Shown here in pieces: positions 24,756 to 37,988 of a DNA stretch of 64,000 nucleotides. Position numbers and translations under genes: made by a program. The notes under the pieces are model-generated. The model searched no databases, was not told where the DNA came from, and worked only from the letters and a program-made list of their open reading frames with translations. Each line of letters begins with the position of its first letter. Positions within the stretch are counted from its first letter, which is position 1. The DNA is taken from assembly GCA_964016885.1 (NCBI GenBank), contig OZ024742.1, positions 190,836,001-190,900,000 on the forward strand, in the 5' to 3' direction. This DNA is from Eledone cirrhosa. Lineage: Eukaryota.

Positions 24756-26727
24756 TTTTCAAAAGTAATACTGTACTGTATATTTTTAACAGTAATACTA
24801 TACTATATATTTTCAACAGTAGTACTTTACTATATATTTACAACAGTAATACTGTACTACCTATTTTCAACAGCAATACTATACTATATATTTTCAACAG
24901 TAATACTGTACTACACTATATATTTTCAACAGTAATAATGTACTATTTATTTTCAACAGTAATACTTTACTGTACTATATACTTTTAACAGTAATACTGT
25001 ACTATATATTTTCAACAGTAATACTATACTATATATTTTCAACAGTAATACTACACTATATATTTTCAACAGTGATACCATACTATACTATATATTTTCA
25101 ACAGTAATACTATACTATATATTTCAACAGTAATACTATACTATATATTTTGAACAGTAATACTGTACTATATATTTTCAACAGTAATACTATACTATAT
25201 ATTTTCAACAATAATCTATACATATATATAAAACTGAAATTGTCTGTGTGTGTGTGTCCCCTAATTTTTGCAAAGTCTATACAAATCCACATTTCTATTC
25301 CGATTGACTTCAAACTTGCATTTATATATTCCTTGCGGTCTAAAGATATTAACTGCAGCTTTTATTTTTCAATTTTTTGTTGTTAAAAGGGGTGTTAGGC
25401 ACCGGTTATCGATCTCTCTGTCTTTCTTAGTCTGTCTTTTTAGATAGATACATAGCTATAACGTCGCGCCCTTATGTCTGTGTATCTCACTGTCTGCATT
25501 ACGACATTATGACAAACATTATTATCTTTGATGACGTATTATCTTCGCTATTTTCCGTTCATTGCCAGGGAACGTCTTCACGGGCCAAAGTATCGTCTTC
25601 CTGTTTTCCTTCGGTTGCAACGTTTTTCGAAATATTTACTTCTGCGTTCACAGATCGATTTTTTTAGTTTCAGAAGATCCCGTTAAGGATGAAAGCATAC
25701 GTTGTAAGCAATGTCAATGTCACTGCTGCTACATAGGACTCCCATTACCACTGAACTTTCACCTTTGCGTTCTGCATTTCCATCCGCAGGCCAACATGGA
25801 ATGATCTTCATAGTAGTCAGTTTATTGAGGGAGAAACAGAATTTGCCGTCCAAAAAACCCATTGACAATAACGAAAACTGCTAACATCAACGCAGAATGA
25901 TACATTGTAGGTCGCTTTAACCCGTCTTTTATTAATCAAAAAACTTCTTGCCAATAAACATTAATCCTTTGTGCGCCATTCATCTAACTGTAGACCAACA
26001 AATACCAACTAAACGGAGCGTTGACAAGAACGAAGGCGAATGAATCTTTGAGGTAACCAGTTTCCTTCCGAGCTGTTAGTTCACGCGGGATTCTCTGCTA
26101 CACCTGTTCATAATAGTACGGAACAACGTACTGCTGGTCACTCCTTCCTCCAAAAGCCGTACAAAGCAGACATGTGCACCGGGCAGATGGAACGGCTGTA
26201 AATCTACACTAGGCATAAGCGAGAAATTCGCAAGGGACTTCACCGAGAGGGATAGAGAGAAAGAGTAACTTGGTGGAAAGAGTGCGAATGAACTTTTGAG
26301 GTAAGTAACCTACGCCTTAATACTCTGACACTGGAACCTTCTGCCAACTTAACCTGTCACTTTCTCTTTAATATTTACTCCAATAGACCAAAACAGAGTG
26401 GAAACGCAGGGGGACAACTGCCACAGAAGGAGTATGAATAGACGGGGCTCAACAATATATCTATGAACAATGCACGTAGACAGCTAAACTGTACTTTCAA
26501 CTTCTTAATTTTCTCCAAATAAAACAAGTTTCCTGTCGGTATATTTTCGTGAGTTTTTAAAAGGCACTCACAAATAAACGCTTCTTATTGGAGGTGCTAT
26601 TACCAATGTGCAACGCCTGGATACACTGCTAGTACTATACTATATGTTTTCAACAGTAATATTATACCATACATTTTCAACAGTAATACTATACGATACT
26701 ATTTATTTTCAACAGTAATACTATACA
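24756..26727. repeat. ~27-bp minisatellite (ttttcaacagtaatactatactatata) split by a Helitron
   Basis: Units at 24756-25214 resume in phase at 26633-26727. Confidence 0.9.
25215..26632 (+). mobile_element. Non-autonomous Helitron inserted at A|T
   Basis: 5' A|TCTATACATATATATAAAACTG; 3' gtgcaacgcctgg..CTAG|T; no TSD; the minisatellite is restored on removal. Confidence 0.8.
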
Positions 26728-26776
26728 ACACAGACGGCTTATCGTCTGTTTATCCAAGCGAAACTAGGTACGTCAG

Positions 26777-26818
<42 letters not shown>

Positions 26819-26976
26819 ATACTTTGGGAGGGTCATGTTGCCAATAAGAAACACACGCACCAGTTGCTTTCACTTCAATTTATTATATATTTATAAATTT
26901 ATAGATTTACAAATCTACAAACTTATAAATTTCTGGTTGGTTGGTTGGTTCCACAACCAGATAGTTGTTTATATAT

Positions 26977-27021
26977 AGTCATAGTCCTTTCGTCACACAC
27001 TCTGTGACCTCTTCAGTGACT
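26977..27021 (-). ncRNA. Minimal type I hammerhead ribozyme in an element with 20-bp inverted ends (26811-26830 / 27080-27099)
   Basis: aguca CUGAAGA GGUCACA-gagug-UGUGAC GAAA GGAC UA ugacu. Confidence 0.75.
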
Positions 27022-27155
27022 GGGGATTCCTTTCTTTGTTTCTGTGCCTTTCCTTTCTTCTGTCCTACGCCATTTTGTTCTCCCAAAGTATAACAATATC
27101 GGTTTCAACACACGATTTCAGATAAAGAATCTTGCTAAACAAATTCAGAAACGAA

Positions 27156-27192
<37 letters not shown>

Positions 27193-27234
27193 CTGGATGC
27201 CGTAGAACACGCCAATGGTAGCCGCGTCAGATAG

Positions 27235-27265
<31 letters not shown>

Positions 27266-27639
27266 GGAAAAAATGAAACGAAATTTCATTTCTCACTCTA
27301 AGTACGGCTGATACTTAAATGTGAGCATCTATGTATATGTACATACATATATGTATACAGACGCACAGTATTATGTATATATACATACTACTGTGCGTCT
27401 GTATATATATATATGTATGTACGTATACATACATGCTTACATTTATATATATATATATATATATATTCATTTATTGGCGATGCTTGATCACTAGTGCAAT
27501 TAATCTTCCTCTATTTCTTTTTTTTTTTCGTAGATTTGTGTCAGGAGGTTTGTCTATAATTGAGTTCGTAGCTGTTGATCTTTCGTCATCGTATTCACGA
27601 GTAGTTCGCTAGTCCTGTATCTTTGTCAGAACTTCATGC

Positions 27640-28850
27640 ATTTTCTTTCTTGAATGTTTCATTAGAGGCCGTTTTTGTGTTTCTGGTTGCTTTAGGTCGG
27701 AAGTTGAACAACTTAGGTTCTCTGAACATTAATAGATTGTTTTTTTGGTTTAGACTTCTCAGGTGGTATATGTGGAAGCTGCCAATATTGACAAGTTGAT
27801 GCATAACATTTTCTTAATGCAGGGGCTTGTAACTTTCTGTTACATGACGTTCTGTATGCATATAATAATATATTTCTTTCTTCTTTGTTCAAGAGTTTAG
27901 AGACAATTAAGGCCTTTGGCTGAATTTATTTCAATAATAAACATTCTCTCTAACCCTTCAAGTTATTCTATGACACCGGGTGTGTTTGGAGACGAAACAA
28001 GCTATGAAGGGTAAGAATGCGTTGAATTGTATATCCCATTCATGTTCCCATCGATAATTGAGGGTTAGTACATTTCTAAATGTGTTGGCATCTGAAGATA
28101 AGACAACTATTCGTATTATTGGTGTCAACGTTGTAACTCCTTATATCGAGGACGATGATAAATAATAAACGTCCTCGTACCGTACTTTGAGGTTCTCGAC
28201 TAAATACAGGTGATTTGGCAGAGAGAGAACCATTTGAAGCAACAGATTGTTTTATACTCTGTAGGATGTCAAAGGGCCATTTCCCAAGTTTCACATTTGA
28301 CAGCAAGAGCCCCTGACACATGAAAGATGATTCCACGATCAATATCATCAAATGCTTTAGAAAAATCATATGTACAGGGTGTAACTGTCGCATTCTCTCG
28401 GGAGAGTATTGAGGATAGTATTAAGGTGGTGAAATAGTTCTGCAAGGCAAACGCAACCTGTCCGAAACCCAAGCACTATATCATCTAAGTGGTTGTTTTC
28501 CGCAAGGTAGCTAATTATTAGTTTTCGGACAATATGTTCTAAACTTTTAGATGCGTAAGAGAAACATGTCTGTTATGTTTATTTTCAGACCTGCTACCTC
28601 CTTTATGAATAAGTGTTACTGTTGTTTCTTTCAGCAGTTCTGGAGATATACCAACTTTCTAACGATTTTGAGAATAACATCTTTAATACGATCGCGGGGT
28701 TGATTTTGCATGTTTTTAACAGTGTGGGTAGAGGAGCATCTTATCTGAGAGACCATCTAGTAGTGAGTTTGAATCCAGATAATTAATAGGTGCAAGTATA
28801 TCATCTTCCTGAATATCTTTCATCTGAGGATTGAAGTAGTCGTTTGGATT
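27640..28850 (-). pseudogene. Highly decayed CR1/L2-type LINE reverse transcriptase
   Basis: Fragments IHKGGSRSE..NRHVSLT, LEHIVRK..GFRTG, YDFSKAFDDIDRGII, QSVASNGSLS...PQSTVRGRLLFII. Confidence 0.75.
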
Positions 28851-28895
28851 ATAGACTATATTAATACTGACTATATTAATACTATATTAATTTGT

Positions 28896-29116
28896 GAAGG
28901 CGCGTGGCCGAGTGGTTAGAGAATTGGATTCGCAATCTTGAGGTTGTCAGTTAGATTCCTGGACCGAGCAATATGTTATGTCTTTGAGTAAGACACTTTA
29001 TTTCATGTTGCTCCTTCTACTTGGAGTTGCGACCGATAGATTGTATTATTATGTCCGAAGAAAACGGGTGGGAACATCAATATCAGCATTCGAGGTTAAC
29101 ACATCGACTTTGTTCT

Positions 29117-29118
<2 letters not shown>
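28896..29118 (+). mobile_element. SINE family B
   Basis: TGGCCGAGTGG A box; closely similar to the 1866 copy. Confidence 0.8.
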
Positions 29119-29161
<43 letters not shown>

Positions 29162-29523
29162 CTTTATTTAGATCCGTTGAGCGGTAGGAAGTTTTGAGGT
29201 TTGTAAGATTGAAGCGTGAAGGTATTTTTTTAAAAAGAATTATTGTCTAACAATTTGAGCACATAAGCACTCCTGGGATTCGAAACTACACGTGCAATAT
29301 ATCATTTCGCCATTCGAGAATGGCGGAACACGTATTAAAGTAAAATACTTTGAGAATATATGCACTAGGATGAATCATATTTCAATGTATATCACAATAG
29401 TTGATCAAACTGCCTCAAAAATATACTTAACACTTTTACTTAGTTGAAGTTTATATATGTATGGTTTCCATTGCTATTCCTCCTTATACGTAACTTATAC
29501 ACAAGCATACACCCTCCGTATAG

Positions 29524-29691
<168 letters not shown>

Positions 29692-29752
29692 ATATATACA
29701 TATATACATCAAACACGCACATACATGCATACATATATATAAATATAAATAA

Positions 29753-29872
<120 letters not shown>

Positions 29873-30524
29873 GTATATATATAAACATATATATATATAA
29901 AAACATTAAAATAAATAATAATACAATGTGAGTTTGTGTTTTGTGAAATTTATAAGAAAAGGCCGCTTGTCACAATTCTTTCAATGGCTTCCCATCCCTG
30001 CTCGATTCCGGAAGTTTAAGGCACTTACAGATTTCTTCACTGGTCACGAAGAAAAACGTCACTTCCTGTGTTATTAGATATTCTTGTCAGCATGATTTCT
30101 CCAATAGCTACACTTATATGATTTCGGAAAGACAAACATGCTCAAAACCGAAAATAAATATACGCCTTTAACTTACATGTAAATAATAACATGTATGGTC
30201 TCATAGCAATGTGAAGTACGAACACCACAATTATTGACAAACGTAACAACGGTAGATTATGTTACTAACAGAGTATTTCTAGAATATTGGCGAACATGTG
30301 TACACATATCACATATTCCCGTGTGTTACGTGAACTCAATAAAAGACACGTATGTGTACGCTAAGGCTTCCTAACCAACGAGATACAATTGTCATTTCTC
30401 CTTCATTCTACGGCCACTCGAATTTCATCTTCATAAATATATGTGTGTGTATATGTATGTGTATGTGTGTGTGCGTATGTGTCTCCGTGTGTGTCTGTGT
30501 TTATATATTTTACATATATATATA

Positions 30525-30582
<58 letters not shown>

Positions 30583-30587
<5 letters not shown>

Positions 30588-31137
30588 AGTGTAATTTACT
30601 ACACAAAACGAAGGTTATAGAGAAAATTGAGGTTGGTAATGGCACATGGAATATATAAGAGACAGAATACTTTTTGTGAAAAAACATATAATTTTATAAG
30701 GTAAGGAAATAATAAAGGGTATAAAAAATGACCGGTTTCGATGGGTCTGCAAAAGCCATCTTTTCAAATGTTGATTAATATTAAGAAAAATTAATAATAA
30801 GAAGAGTTAAAATTTGAGATTTGAAAATTCAAGTATAAAATTCATTGTGGGACTTCATAGTAGTTTTCATCTTGGTCTGCTACCAAGATGAAAACTACTA
30901 TGAAATCCCACAATGAATTTTATACTTGAATTTTCAAATCTCAAATTTTAACTCTTATTATTAATTTTTCTTAATATTAATCAACATTTGAAAAGATGGC
31001 TTTTGCAGACCCATCGAAACCGGTCATTTTTTATACCCTTTATTATTTCCTTACCTTATAAAATTATATGTTTTTTCACAAAAAAGTATTCTGTCTCTTA
31101 TATATTCCATGTGCCATTACCAACCTCAATTTTCTCT
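30583..31137. mobile_element. Fold-back palindrome made only of the Neptune PLE pseudo-LTR
   Basis: Arms 30583-30876 and 30882-31137 with 5-nt loop; highly similar to 5428-5700 and 7800-8092; 36-nt tail on the left arm only. Confidence 0.9.
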
Positions 31138-31358
31138 CTCTCTCTCTATATATATATATGCATATATATATATATGTATATACATATATTTATATATATA
31201 TATATATATATATATACTTACATATATATATATATGCATATATATATATATATATGCATATATATATATATATATGTAAGTATATATATATATATATATA
31301 TAAATTAATAAAAACAATGAATAAAAACAAAGAAATAGTTCCTTATATTAAAACATTC

Positions 31359-31492
31359 ATCATTTTACGATCGTTTCTAGGATATATATGTTTGTGTTGG
31401 TATGTATATCATATAGATCTATGTAATAAATTTACAAACTATCAGAGGAAATATACATACCTACACATATATATGCTGTCTTCAGAAATAAT
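31359..31492 (-). ncRNA. Type I hammerhead ribozyme with ~105-nt stem II/loop
   Basis: auuauuu CUGAAGA CAGCAUAUAUAUG...CAUAUAUAUCCUA GAAA CGAUCG UA aaaugau. Confidence 0.6.
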
Positions 31493-31573
31493 CATATATA
31501 TATATATATATATATAACATCTGAAACTACTTCGCTTTTCCTTATTCTCTCCCTCTCTCTCTCTCTCTATATA

Positions 31574-31656
<83 letters not shown>

Positions 31657-31659
<3 letters not shown>

Positions 31660-31767
31660 GGGCGAAGACTCCGTGCATGCGTTATAGAATCTTGAGTTGA
31701 TCAATTGCGTCAGTTGAAGCAAGCAGAATTTTGGCTGCTTACTAAAAATTTTTAGACACACAAAAAG

Positions 31768-31807
<40 letters not shown>

Positions 31808-31943
31808 ATAACACTACATGCGGCTTTCACCGTGAGGGTCATTTAGAGGGAGTTGGGGGGGGGGGGGGGTTAAGGCTGCACAGCCCCACTTTCCGCCATG
31901 GCGATTGGACTGCATGCTCTGCTTTCCAGGTTACCCTTCGCCA

Positions 31944-31946
<3 letters not shown>
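31657..31946. mobile_element. MITE/non-autonomous DNA transposon (hAT-like)
   Basis: 11-bp TIR caggggcgaag / cttcgccactg (1 mismatch) within (AT)n, compatible with an 8-bp TSD. Confidence 0.6.
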
Positions 31947-31982
<36 letters not shown>

Positions 31983-32447
31983 TATATACACATACACACA
32001 CATATATGTACGTATCTGTTTGCGTGTATGTATTTATTTGTGTCTTACTTCTGTATTGTATTTATTTACTTTGTTCTTAACTCTGTAGCGGACATTCATT
32101 CGGTCTCCTAGTTAGAATTTCAGTCTACAACTTCTGCTATACCATTTACGTGGTTTTGTCTTTGCATGCTATTGTTCTCCACGCTCCATATATATATATA
32201 AATATATGCATACATACAGATATACATATGCACCACATACACACACATGCATATATATATATTTATATATATATATATACGGGATAACAAGTTATCGTTA
32301 TAGGTAGTCCACTTAGAAGTAGTCCAGCTAGAGTACTCCGTGTTGTGGATGGTTTTAACGTATGGCTAAGTTTGACTCAACAAGACCCTTCCATAGTGAT
32401 GCAGCGAATTCGCGGTGATTTCTATGTAGGTTATACTTGGAGTAATA

Positions 32448-32655
32448 ATAATTCAAGAAAGAAGGGTAACAAGGTTGGCTGTACAATAAGGGCTTTATTC
32501 AGAGTGCTGACAATTGTTTCGTTGATCCGGTATGTCTAGAGCTAATCAAGCGATTAGCGAGCTCTAGACCTACCAGATCAACGAAACAATTGTCAGCAGT
32601 GTGAATACAGCCCTTATTGTACAGCCAACTATGTTACTCTTCTTTCTTGAATTAT
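32448..32655. mobile_element. Fold-back palindrome (~97-bp arms) with hammerhead 3' half
   Basis: Inverted arms around ~32550; GAAACAATTGTC; right arm abuts (TA)n. Confidence 0.8.
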
Positions 32656-32970
32656 ATATATATATATATATACGTATATATATATATATTCGAAGGAAGT
32701 CCTCATCATCATTATATACATATATATGGACGTCTGTTCATATCAGTATATATATATATACTGATACGAACAGACTTAAAAATCATCATATTTCTAAATG
32801 TTCTGCACCAATCAACGCACGAAGCCTAACTCACGAGAGTTGAGAAGATCGAAAAAATAGCAAAATAGAAATGGATCTGAACGCCAGTTTCAGGAATGTT
32901 ACGCATCCTCATTCTCAAATCTATCTACTTATCTGCCTATTTATTATGTTTCTCTGTATATCTCCTCCAA

Positions 32971-33049
<79 letters not shown>

Positions 33050-33156
33050 TTTCTCTTTCTATCACTCTCACACACCCAAATAAGTACAATTAAACTATAT
33101 CTTTATGTGTGTTTATCGCTCTCTCTCTCTCTCTCTCTCTCTCTGTACACACACAT

Positions 33157-33244
<88 letters not shown>

Positions 33245-33789
33245 GTGTTTATATATAGTGTGTATGTATGTATGCATATATGTATCTACATATTTACAGT
33301 ACAGCAAAATGTAAGAGAAAATTCGTTATGAAACTCCACTATTGAATTACCTCGAAGTAACAATTCAGATTGAATCGACATTCCATGGCCCTCAGAAGGC
33401 AGCATATTTTTAACCAAATACCCAATACGTATCAAATTAACGGGACCCGTTGAAATTCCACGCAACGAATAAGAATAAGAATATTTGAAGTATATTTATT
33501 ACATGGACTTAAGAATATTTATTAGATGAATTGTATTTTACTAAAACGTGTTTCAAGAATATTCGAGATCAGACAAGTAGAGAGAAAGAAAAAGAGAAGG
33601 TGATAAAAAACAACAGGGGGGTCTCTCACACACACACATACAAACAGACAGAGACAGACACACACACGGACACACATACGACATGTTTTATTCAACAAGT
33701 AAGTATATCAATGTTGACAGCCATGCATTTAAATGCTCGCCTTTTTAATTAAAACTTGGTTATTCCTTTAGAAACGGCAGCAAATCAAA

Positions 33790-34041
33790 CCATATATATA
33801 TTCCCCTCCTTCTCCCTACCTGTTTTTCACTCCCCCTCCATGTCCCTCTCAATCTACCTCTCACTCACCTCACCTCTATTTCATTTCACCTCCCACCTCT
33901 CTCACTCACCCCACCCCCTCTCTGTAACTAACTAAAGCGTAATGTGCGAATGAACGAATAAGTAGAATTATTATATAGATTTATGATATTATATTTATGT
34001 TAAGTATTAATAAACCCAGGCAAGCCGGTTATGATATCTAG
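33790..34041 (+). mobile_element. Helitron-like 3' end fragment
   Basis: aaacccaggcaagccggtt hairpin followed by atgatatCTAG|T. Confidence 0.4.
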
Positions 34042-34119
34042 TAGAAGCGCACTAGAAGGGAAAATAATGGAAAGGAGCCAATCATCAGATTGGTCCAAGA
34101 GAAGTATATTATCAAGAGA

Positions 34120-34510
34120 AGTGTATTATCTTGCTATATGGAAGTAAACATGGACGCTGTCATCCAAACAACAAAAGCACCTTGATGGCACTTACACTCG
34201 CCTGCTTCAGAACATAAACTGGCGACATCTGCCTTTGAGAGAGATAAATGCCGGCCTCCCACGCATATCTGTCGTTGTACGTAAAAGGAGAGTAAGATTT
34301 GCTTGCCACTGCCATCTATGAGGCTGTGTCCCCATTAGTGCTTTGGAAACCACACACAGTCACTAATAATAGGGGACGCAAGCTCTCCTATCCCGATGTC
34401 ATCTCCATAGATTCTGGTATTGTAATCCAGGACTTGGCAACGGCAATGAACGCCAGACCCACGTGGAGATAAATTGTTGTGTCCATTTCGGCAGATGATG
34501 ATGATGATAT
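34120..34510 (+). pseudogene. 3' end of an RTEX/RTE-type LINE
   Basis: ILLYGS.TWTLSSKQQKHLDGTYTRLL, RRVRFACHC, LVLWKPH, GRKLSYPDVIS.DSG...DLATAM..R.TWR, then a (GAT)n tail. Confidence 0.75.
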
Positions 34511-35979
34511 TATCAAGATTTTTTCAATTGTTGATACTATCTATCGGTCGCAACTCTTGGTAAAATCGTTACCACAATTTAAGATATCAATGATACACTT
34601 TCCCTTGAGGAGTATTATTTTTATAGACACCGAAATGGTAAAAGAGAATGTTGATGAAGGTGATCTCTGAGCTCAGAATGTAGATAGGCAGTGCAAAAAC
34701 TCAGACATTTAGACCAACGGTGTAGAGATATGATAATTCGACACGTGAAAATAAATAAATATTCTTATAATATTTAACAGAGGTCGTGAACGCGCATGAC
34801 ATAATGTTTGATAAATTTCAATCCGCAAACATTAGGTCCTGGGTCAATCACACTGGATCGTATCTTTGATAAAAAAAACATTTACCTTTGTCTCGGTTCG
34901 AGCCAAGCTTTGTAGGTACTTACTTGTACTTGTACCTGTGGCGGCGTTCACCTCTGTGGTGGGGATGGGAGCTAGTTCCATCGAATAAATACAACGGAGT
35001 TTCTTCTGAAGATTAGTTTCACAAGCGGTGCCCAGCCGCAAGTATATGTACTTTAAGTACAAGGATTGCGTCGGCTATAGCACCTAGATCTCACTTTCAC
35101 TCCCAACCCAAATTGTTGGAACCTGAGCCGCGATGGGACACATGGGAAAGAGTTTGGCCGGCGGAGGTGATAAACGCATCCTATTTGATCCACTTTATAG
35201 ACCCACAGAAGCTCACCTCACTGTCCAGCTCAAGCATACTGACGCTCGGCACCAATATTGCAGATGTTTGTAGGTAAAACTGGATAAACAGAAACCAGTT
35301 GATGGATTGTATTGGTAATTCAAACAACCAGGAAAGTCACACACTGTCATGTAGAACCTCTATGAGAATTACACGAATGCACGTGCATGAATACACGTGC
35401 CTGTGACATACTCAGTCACTTACACGTTCATTTCATTTATAAGCTATTACGTTGATCGAACATCTGTACTATATTTATACGTAATGAGATAGTAGCCTAA
35501 TTTCTTGTGCAATTCTAATCTACTCTTACACTGTGCCATTACCATCTACCAAAAGATCGAACCCACCAGCCCTGATCAATAAAGAACATCCAATTCGATT
35601 AGAAAACGAAACAAAAGTATAAATAAAACAAAATGATCTAAAAACATAAACAAATAGAATTAGAATGATGACGATGACGTCATTATTGTTGATGATGACG
35701 ACAGCATTGGTGGTGTTACTGTTGTAGTTGACGATGTTTATCATGATGGTGGTAGTGATTAAGGTATTCGAGATAATAAAGATGATGGCGGCGCTGATTC
35801 TGTTGGTGATGATGATGACTGTAATGACGATAAGAGTAATAAATATAATGATGATGACGACAACGACGACGGTAACGACGACAATGTCTGTGACGTTAAT
35901 GATTACGAGAATGATGATGGCGATGATGTTGTTGATCACGATAAATACACCAATTATGATGATGTGGATTATAATAATT

Positions 35980-36270
35980 GTTTCTACTTTTTGGCACAAG
36001 GCCAGCAATTACCCAGTGCATTACTGGTACATTATTTTATCGACTCCAGAAGGATGAAAGGCAAAGTTAACCTCGGCGATTATAATAATTGTTTCTACGT
36101 TAGGCACAAGGCCAGCAAATTTCCCAGTGTATTACTGGTACTTTATTTTATCGACCCCGTAAGGATGAAAGGCAAAGTTAACCTCGGCGGGATTTGAACT
36201 CAGAATGGCAAGGGCTGTAACTCTATGCGTCAAAGCATGGCGTCCGACCCTCTACCAATACTGCTAATCC
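35980..36270 (-). mobile_element. Two stacked SINE family A copies
   Basis: gattataataat occurs three times, bracketing both copies. Confidence 0.85.
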
Positions 36271-37108
36271 GATTATAATAATGATGCCGATGGTGTTTAT
36301 AATAAAGATGTTATTGCCGATGATAGTTATAATGATGATGACAATCACTATGATGATAATGATGATTAATAAAATCTACAACAAGTACGAAATGAAGATG
36401 CTAAAAGATGCTAAAGTGGAGTGCAAGGTTTAAAAATAAAACGAGAGGGATTATTTTAAACGTGCACTTCCGGCAACTCCTCTCTCAACACCGGAAATGA
36501 GCGAGAATAAGTTGAACACTTTTCTATTACTTCTAATTTCATTCTATTTTTCTCATTATAATTTTTTTTCATTTTAACTTTTGATTGTTGACTTTTTTTA
36601 ATTTATTCTTTCATTCTGATATTTTCCATACTTTTGTTATTTTCTCCTTATTCTTTCGTTTAGTAACTTATTTTTTTACTAGTATTAACAAAAAAAATCT
36701 CTTCAGCTCAGATCTTAATATATTTCAGCAGTCGCCATTGTCAATAAGATTAAGATTTACTTTCATTTCGATTTGATTTGAATTTTCGTTCGACTTTTAT
36801 TTTTATCTATGGATATGTCACACGTGTACTACGAGTTTTTGCATATTGGATTTATAACGAGATCGGTGGATTGGTAGAATCCTTAAGGCATCGAGCAAAA
36901 TACTTGCTGTATTTAGATACTGATATCTACCTTCTGAGTTCAAATCCCACCCAGTTAAACCTTACTTTTCATTCTATCGTAGTCGATAAAAACAGGTACC
37001 AGTCAATTCCTGGGGTCGATATAGTCGACATTTCCGTCCTTCAAAAATTGTTGGCCTTGTGATTAAATTAGAAACCATTGTAATCGTTAGTACTGATAGT
37101 CTTATTTG

Positions 37109-37109
<1 letters not shown>

Positions 37110-37162
<53 letters not shown>

Positions 37163-37191
37163 CACTATTACTGCTGCAGCAGCTGCTGTTG

Positions 37192-37232
<41 letters not shown>

Positions 37233-37289
37233 GCTGCTGCCTGCTCCTGCTGCTACAATAACAACAACAACAACAACTACTACTACTAT

Positions 37290-37327
<38 letters not shown>

Positions 37328-37345
37328 TCACCAGCACCACCATCA
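37110..37345. repeat. (CTA)n/(CTG)n/(CAA)n microsatellite
   Basis: Direct inspection. Confidence 0.95.
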
Positions 37346-37594
37346 CAGGGTATTTTTACGCCAATTCACCGACCTAAATAAGGATTCCTTATATCGGAAC
37401 AAGTTAAAAAATTAGCGAAGGGTAAAGCAAGTAGTCGACTTGTTCGCTATTTTGTCGACTTCAGATAAGAGACAACATTAACCTCGTCGGTATTGAAACG
37501 CTGGACGGAAAGATCTGGAATAAATACCGCTGGGCATTTCATTCAACGTTCTAATGAGTTTACTCCACGACAACGTATATTACGCTAATATGAT

Positions 37595-37988
37595 TATGTT
37601 CTACTTCTGGGACAAGGCCAGCAATTACCCCAATGCATTACCGGCGCTTTATTTCATCGACCCCGTAAGGAAGAATGGCAAAGTTAACCTCCGCGGGATT
37701 TGAAATAAGAACGTAAAAGGCTATAACTCAATGCTCTACCAATACTGCCAAACCACCGCCCATTACGCTAATATTATTGTTTCTACTTTAGGCAAAAGGC
37801 CAGCAATTCTTGTTTAAGTGGAGGGAAAAGTCAATTAAATCGGCACCAGAGCATTACTGGTACTTTATTTTATCGACACCGTAAGGATGAAAGGAAAAGT
37901 TAACCTCGGCGGATTTGATCTCGGAACCATAACTCTATGCTGCAAAGCATGGTGTCTGATGCTCTACCGATTCTGCTAAACCACCGAC
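37595..37988 (-). mobile_element. Two stacked SINE family A copies (older decayed copies at ~36864-37085 + and ~37420-37560 -)
   Basis: attacgctaatat occurs three times, bracketing both copies. Confidence 0.85.

Noticed and set aside
24756-25214. 27-bp repeats as a CRISPR array
   Set aside because: Head-to-tail minisatellite with no spacers
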